Positions 59,791 through 64,000 of a stretch of 64,000 nucleotides of DNA are shown here, piece after piece. Position numbers and translations under genes: made by a program. The DNA comes from Flavobacteriales bacterium (lineage in GTDB: Bacteria; Bacteroidota; Bacteroidia; Palsa-965), in the NCBI GenBank assembly GCA_040377305.1, contig JBEIPA010000004.1, forward strand, positions 64,001 to 128,000, given 5' to 3'. The notes beneath the pieces were generated by a model. It was given only the letters and a program-made list of their open reading frames with translations. It did no database searches and was not told the origin of the DNA. Numbering within the stretch: the first letter of the stretch is position 1; each line of letters begins with the position of its first letter.

Positions 59791-60333
59791 CTACGCCATT
59801 TCAGCAACCACTTTCATCATCTGCACATTCGCAGCAATCTTCACTTCGTCCGACACCACTACTCCTCCCGCTTCTGTAACTGCGCCCCACATTAATCCAA
59901 ATTCGCTGCGGCTGATTTTTCCGCTTACTTCAAATCCTGCTTTGAAATTTCCATAAATATCTGTTGCAGTTCCGCCAAACTCTACAAGAAGCGTAACCGG
60001 CTTTGTAACTCCGCGCAACGTAAGATTGCCGTGAAGTTTATATCCATCAGATGATTTCTCTACGCTGGTTGAGATAAAATCCATCGTCGGGTGATTTGCA
60101 ACGTCGAAAAAGTCGGGGCTCTTCAAATGTCCGTCGCGCTGATCGTTACCCGTAGTAATGCTGTTTACATCAGCAGAGAAGCTGATCTTTCCACCTGCGA
60201 AATCATCTCCATCCGTTTCCGCTTCTGCAGAAAATTTGGTGAATGATCCGGTAACCGTAGAGATTACGAGGTGCTTGATTTTGAACTGCACATCTGAGTG
60301 AAGCTCGTCGATTTTCCATGTGGTCTTACTCAT
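59791..60333 (-). CDS. yceI: YceI-family protein
   Basis: WKIDELHSDVQFKIKHLVISTVTGSF, QRDGHLKSPDFFD, GNLTLRGVTKPV. Confidence 0.95.
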   Translation of the reverse strand: MSKTTWKIDELHSDVQFKIKHLVISTVTGSFTKFSAEAETDGDDFAGGKISFSADVNSITTGNDQRDGHLKSPDFFDVANHPTMDFISTSVEKSSDGYKLHGNLTLRGVTKPVTLLVEFGGTATDIYGNFKAGFEVSGKISRSEFGLMWGAVTEAGGVVVSDEVKIAANVQMMKVVAEMA

Positions 60334-60430
60334 AGGTTCTATCTTTTTTAAGTTTGAATTCGTGAATCCGGACATTCGGGTCAGGATTTCATTGTCTTTC
60401 TGTTTCGATACAGCAAAGATAGGCATTTAT

Positions 60431-60442
60431 ATGTATATACAT
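60431..60442. promoter_or_regulatory. Palindromic operator upstream of yceI (possibly MarR-type)
   Basis: ATGTATATACAT overlapping the promoter region. Confidence 0.5.
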
Positions 60443-60502
60443 ACATTGTGACTGCGAATGCTATTAACTTATTGTATGTCAGTAGTTTGTATTGTGATTC
60501 CT

Positions 60503-60531
60503 AAAAAGAAACGGCTCCCAATAGGGAGCCG
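60503..60531 (-). terminator. Terminator of phoH
   Basis: CGGCTCCC-AATA-GGGAGCCG with a T-run on minus. Confidence 0.75.
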
Positions 60532-60573
60532 AATATGTTCTGCCAAAGGCAGCGCACCTGTTTCTTTAATCTG

Positions 60574-61902
60574 CTATAAATACTGATTCGCCAGATTCGC
60601 CAACTCACTCCGCTCACCTTTCTCGAGCGTAATGTGCGCATACAAATCTTTGCCTTTCAATCGATCGATCATGTATGAAAGTCCATTCGACTGCGCATCG
60701 AGGTACGGCGTATCGATCTGGAAAATATCTCCGGTGAAAACGATTTTCGAATTTTCTCCTGCGCGACTGATTACAGTTTTTACCTCGTGTGGAGTCAAAT
60801 TCTGTGCTTCATCCACAATGAAGAAAACATTCGATAAGCTTCGTCCACGAATGTAAGCAAGCGGACACACCACGAGCTTTTCATTCTCAACCATCTCGTT
60901 GATCTGCTTGAACTCACGATCTTTTTCGCTGAACTGGCTCTTGATGTACTTCAGATTATCCCACAGCGGCTCCATGTATGGATTCAGTTTCGACTTGATA
61001 TCGCCCGGCAAATAACCAATGTCTTTGTTGCTCAATGGAACAATTGGACGCGCAAGATAAATCTGATGATAGTTTCTTCTCTGCTCCAATGCCCCTGCCA
61101 GCGACAACAGCGTCTTGCCCGTTCCTGCAACACCTTGAATAGTTACCAGTCGAACTTCCGGACGAAGAATTGCGTCGAGCGCGAAACTCTGTTCTGCATT
61201 GCGAGGTGTAATATGAAATGCTTGTTCTTTTTTAATGCGTTCGAGCTGTGCATTCTTCTCGTTGTAATACGCGAGAACAGATTTCTGTCCGTTCTTCAGA
61301 ATGTAATAGTGATTCGCATCTGGTTTTTTCTTTTTAATCTGCGCAGGTAAAGCTGTTGTTTCCTTCTCGTACAGCTCACTGATAGTGGCAAGCGGAACTT
61401 TATCTTCCGTAGTAATTCCGGTGTAAAGTTCATTCGGGTTTTCAACTTTTCCGGTCTCATAATCTTCTGCATTCAGATTAAGCGATTTTGCTTTAATGCG
61501 AAGATTGATGTCCTTAGTTACGAGCGTAACTTTTTTTCCCGGGTTTGTTTCTGCGAGATACAATGCGCAATTCAGAATCCGATGATCCGCTTTACGCTCA
61601 CCGAACACACGTTCCGCATCCACACTCGAATTCTGGTTCATCTCAATCTTGAACATGCCATGGCCCTTGCCATTGATGTTCACCCAGTCTTTGAGTGTAT
61701 TTCTTCCGGAAATCTTATCGATGTAACGCGTAAATTCTCTCGCGGCGAAGTTCTTACTATCATGACCCTTCTTAAAGTTGTCCAGTTCTTCGAGGACAGT
61801 GATGGGAACTACTACATCATGTTCTTTGAAACTTTTGATTGCATTGTGGTCATAAATAATTACAGACGTGTCGAGCACGAAAATTTTTTTCTCCTTCGCC
61901 AT
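60574..61902 (-). CDS. phoH: PIN + PhoH ATPase (PhoH2/YlaK-like)
   Basis: VLDTSV PIN; GVAGTGKT, GYLPG, YIRGRSL, DEAQN, FTGD. Confidence 0.95.
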   Translation of the reverse strand: MAKEKKIFVLDTSVIIYDHNAIKSFKEHDVVVPITVLEELDNFKKGHDSKNFAAREFTRYIDKISGRNTLKDWVNINGKGHGMFKIEMNQNSSVDAERVFGERKADHRILNCALYLAETNPGKKVTLVTKDINLRIKAKSLNLNAEDYETGKVENPNELYTGITTEDKVPLATISELYEKETTALPAQIKKKKPDANHYYILKNGQKSVLAYYNEKNAQLERIKKEQAFHITPRNAEQSFALDAILRPEVRLVTIQGVAGTGKTLLSLAGALEQRRNYHQIYLARPIVPLSNKDIGYLPGDIKSKLNPYMEPLWDNLKYIKSQFSEKDREFKQINEMVENEKLVVCPLAYIRGRSLSNVFFIVDEAQNLTPHEVKTVISRAGENSKIVFTGDIFQIDTPYLDAQSNGLSYMIDRLKGKDLYAHITLEKGERSELANLANQYL

Positions 61903-62223
61903 AAGTATAAGAGCGTAATTGTTTGCTAGCTAAACTAAGGTTTCGCCCACCGCTCAACTGAGGCGACTTGTTGAAGTAATAAACAGGCAGATGTTACAAC
62001 GTGTCCAAATTCGCGTTTCCCGCATTCGACGGGCAAATTGCCATATTCGTCTAAACTCGTTGATTTTTAGGGTAATAAGTGCTAAACTGCACCATAGTTT
62101 GCGGCGGATTTCATGGTTTTGAGCGGATATTGTCAGACAATAATCTGATTTTGATATGCGTGTGAAAAATCATTGAGTTCCTCCCCTATACTATACACAC
62201 GCACACCAACTAAATTTTCCTTC

Positions 62224-64000
62224 ATGAAAAGTTGTACCCCGAAGCTACTGTTCGCAATTGCATCGCTTGCAATTTCATCTACTACCATCAGCGCACAGAA
62301 TTGGAGAGATCCACTCGCCGATCCTAATCAAAGTTTCTATGACGTTCAGGCGAACTTCTACGCAGAATGGGGCGCACGGGAACAGCAAGAGTATCAGGCA
62401 CGACAGGATCAGACCCTGATGAATGATAAATGGCCCGGCAATGACCCCGTGAATCCAACGCCTGCACCTTATATGAAAGGTGGATACAAGCAATTTAAGC
62501 GCTGGGAGAATTACATGGAGCCTCGAGTTTATCCTTCAGGGAATTTAACTCTGCCTTCTTCAAATTATGAGCGCTTCGTTCAGTACCTCGATCAGAATCC
62601 GGTGGCGATGTCCCAATACCAACAGGTGTACGGAAATCCTATCGGTAGCAATCAGTCTCCGGCATTCGGTGGACCGGTTCAAAATCCGATGTCAAGCACC
62701 TGGACATTTATGGGGCCAACCGGATATCCGACCAATGGTGGAGCGGGACGTATAAACGTAGTACGATTTGATCCGCAGTTTGCAACAAACAATACCATGT
62801 ATGCGGGCGCTCCTGCTGGTGGATTGTGGAAGTCAACCAATGGTGGAACAACATGGTCGATCGTTGCCAGTACAGACGCGATTGCATCCATTGGTGTAAC
62901 AGATATTGCGATTGATCCTGCAAACAGCAACATTCTATACATTGCTACAGGTGACGGTGATGCTGGTGATACTTACAGCGTGGGGGTATTGAAATCTATC
63001 GACGGAGGTTTAACATGGAACACAACCGGGCTTAACTGGACAACTAACCAGGGACGCACAATTAGTCGTCTACTCATTCATCCTACAAACGGACAGATTC
63101 TCATTGCATTTACAAGCAATGGAATTTACCGCACGACTAATGGCGGCACATCGTGGACACAAGTTCAGAATACAAACTCGTTCCGCGACGGAGAATTCAA
63201 ACCGGGTGATCCGAATACCGTTTACGGCGCCGGAACTCGTTTCTGGAAATCAACAGACGGTGGCGTTACATGGACTAACACAGCTACCGGTCTTCCTGCA
63301 AACACAGCGGTAGATCGATTCTCCATTGCAGTAACACCTGCAAACGTGAACTACGTCTATATTCTCGCCGGAAGCGCAGCTAACAATGGCTACTACGGTG
63401 TTTATCGTGCAACCGATTCAGGTAACACATTCACGCAGCGTTCCAGTACACCCAATATTATGGGCTGGTCGAATACAGGAGCTGACACCGGTGGACAAAG
63501 CTGGTACGATCACGGATTTGATGTATCACAAACAAATGCCGACGTAGTGGTGGTTGGTGGTGTTAATCACTGGCGATCCACCAATGGTGGTACCAACTGG
63601 ACACTTAATGCACACTGGACAGGAAGCGGTGCTCCATACGTTCACGCTGATGTGCACTGTATAATTTTTGCGCCCGGATCCGGAACACGTTACTTCTCCG
63701 GCAACGATGGTGGTATCAATGAAACAACGAATAGCGGTGGAGCATGGTCTGATCGCAGCGCGCAGTTATGTATTGCACAACCATACCGTATCGGACTTTC
63801 TGCAACAACAGCAAACTTGTGGCTCACGGGTCACCAGGACAATGGTACAAACCGCTACAACGGTGCATGGGCAGAAGTAATGGGTGGTGACGGAATGGAT
63901 TGCTTCATTGACCGCACGAACAACAACAACATGTATGCGGAATATTATAACGGCGCATTCAACCGATCAACAAACGGTGGCGGTACGTGGGCAGGTTACA
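62224..64000 (+). CDS. Secreted VPS10/BNR-repeat (glycosyl hydrolase-like) protein, 3'-truncated by the window edge
   Basis: MKSCTPKLLFAIASLAIS..GYKQFKRWENYMEPRV..GLWKSTNGGTTW and repeated Asp-box SxDGGxTW; absent from the ORF track because it has no stop in the window. Confidence 0.9.
   Translation, partial: MKSCTPKLLFAIASLAISSTTISAQNWRDPLADPNQSFYDVQANFYAEWGAREQQEYQARQDQTLMNDKWPGNDPVNPTPAPYMKGGYKQFKRWENYMEPRVYPSGNLTLPSSNYERFVQYLDQNPVAMSQYQQVYGNPIGSNQSPAFGGPVQNPMSSTWTFMGPTGYPTNGGAGRINVVRFDPQFATNNTMYAGAPAGGLWKSTNGGTTWSIVASTDAIASIGVTDIAIDPANSNILYIATGDGDAGDTYSVGVLKSIDGGLTWNTTGLNWTTNQGRTISRLLIHPTNGQILIAFTSNGIYRTTNGGTSWTQVQNTNSFRDGEFKPGDPNTVYGAGTRFWKSTDGGVTWTNTATGLPANTAVDRFSIAVTPANVNYVYILAGSAANNGYYGVYRATDSGNTFTQRSSTPNIMGWSNTGADTGGQSWYDHGFDVSQTNADVVVVGGVNHWRSTNGGTNWTLNAHWTGSGAPYVHADVHCIIFAPGSGTRYFSGNDGGINETTNSGGAWSDRSAQLCIAQPYRIGLSATTANLWLTGHQDNGTNRYNGAWAEVMGGDGMDCFIDRTNNNNMYAEYYNGAFNRSTNGGGTWAGY

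Noticed and set aside
62275-63880. Small ORFs listed in the track at the right end
   Set aside because: All lie within the long open + strand CDS starting at 62224
1-64000. CRISPR array, cas, reverse transcriptase or IS transposase genes
   Set aside because: No regularly spaced repeats or diagnostic motifs seen

Overview
Bacteroidetes-type DNA (many T9SS C-terminal-domain proteins, TAnnTTTG promoters). Positions 1-35500 are the right part of a large genomic island bounded by a tyrosine integrase facing the 3' end of tRNA-Asn(GTT); I did not find the other att end in the window. The island is rich in defence-like genes: a YhhQ/VUT-hypothetical-TIR operon, a Gabija-like OLD nuclease + UvrD pair, HEPN + DUF262 (HNH apparently degenerate), an NA37-unknown-TM-MBL operon, a PD-(D/E)xK protein and a SIR2. 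It also carries RadC, XRE/secreted-protein cassettes and a foreign-looking module of about 3 kb (sigma70 promoter, highly structured ~200-nt leader RNA with a pseudoknot/terminator switch, tyrosine recombinase, its own tRNA-Thr, large DNA/RNA hairpins). Positions 35600-64000 look like host chromosome: pfkB kinase, OMPs, a small-protein/TM/HK/RR module, T9SS cargo, TPR-SpoIIE, a secreted caspase-family cluster with recurring RG motifs, yceI, phoH and a VPS10/BNR protein running off the end. All calls come from motif recognition by eye; no database searches or folding programs were run.
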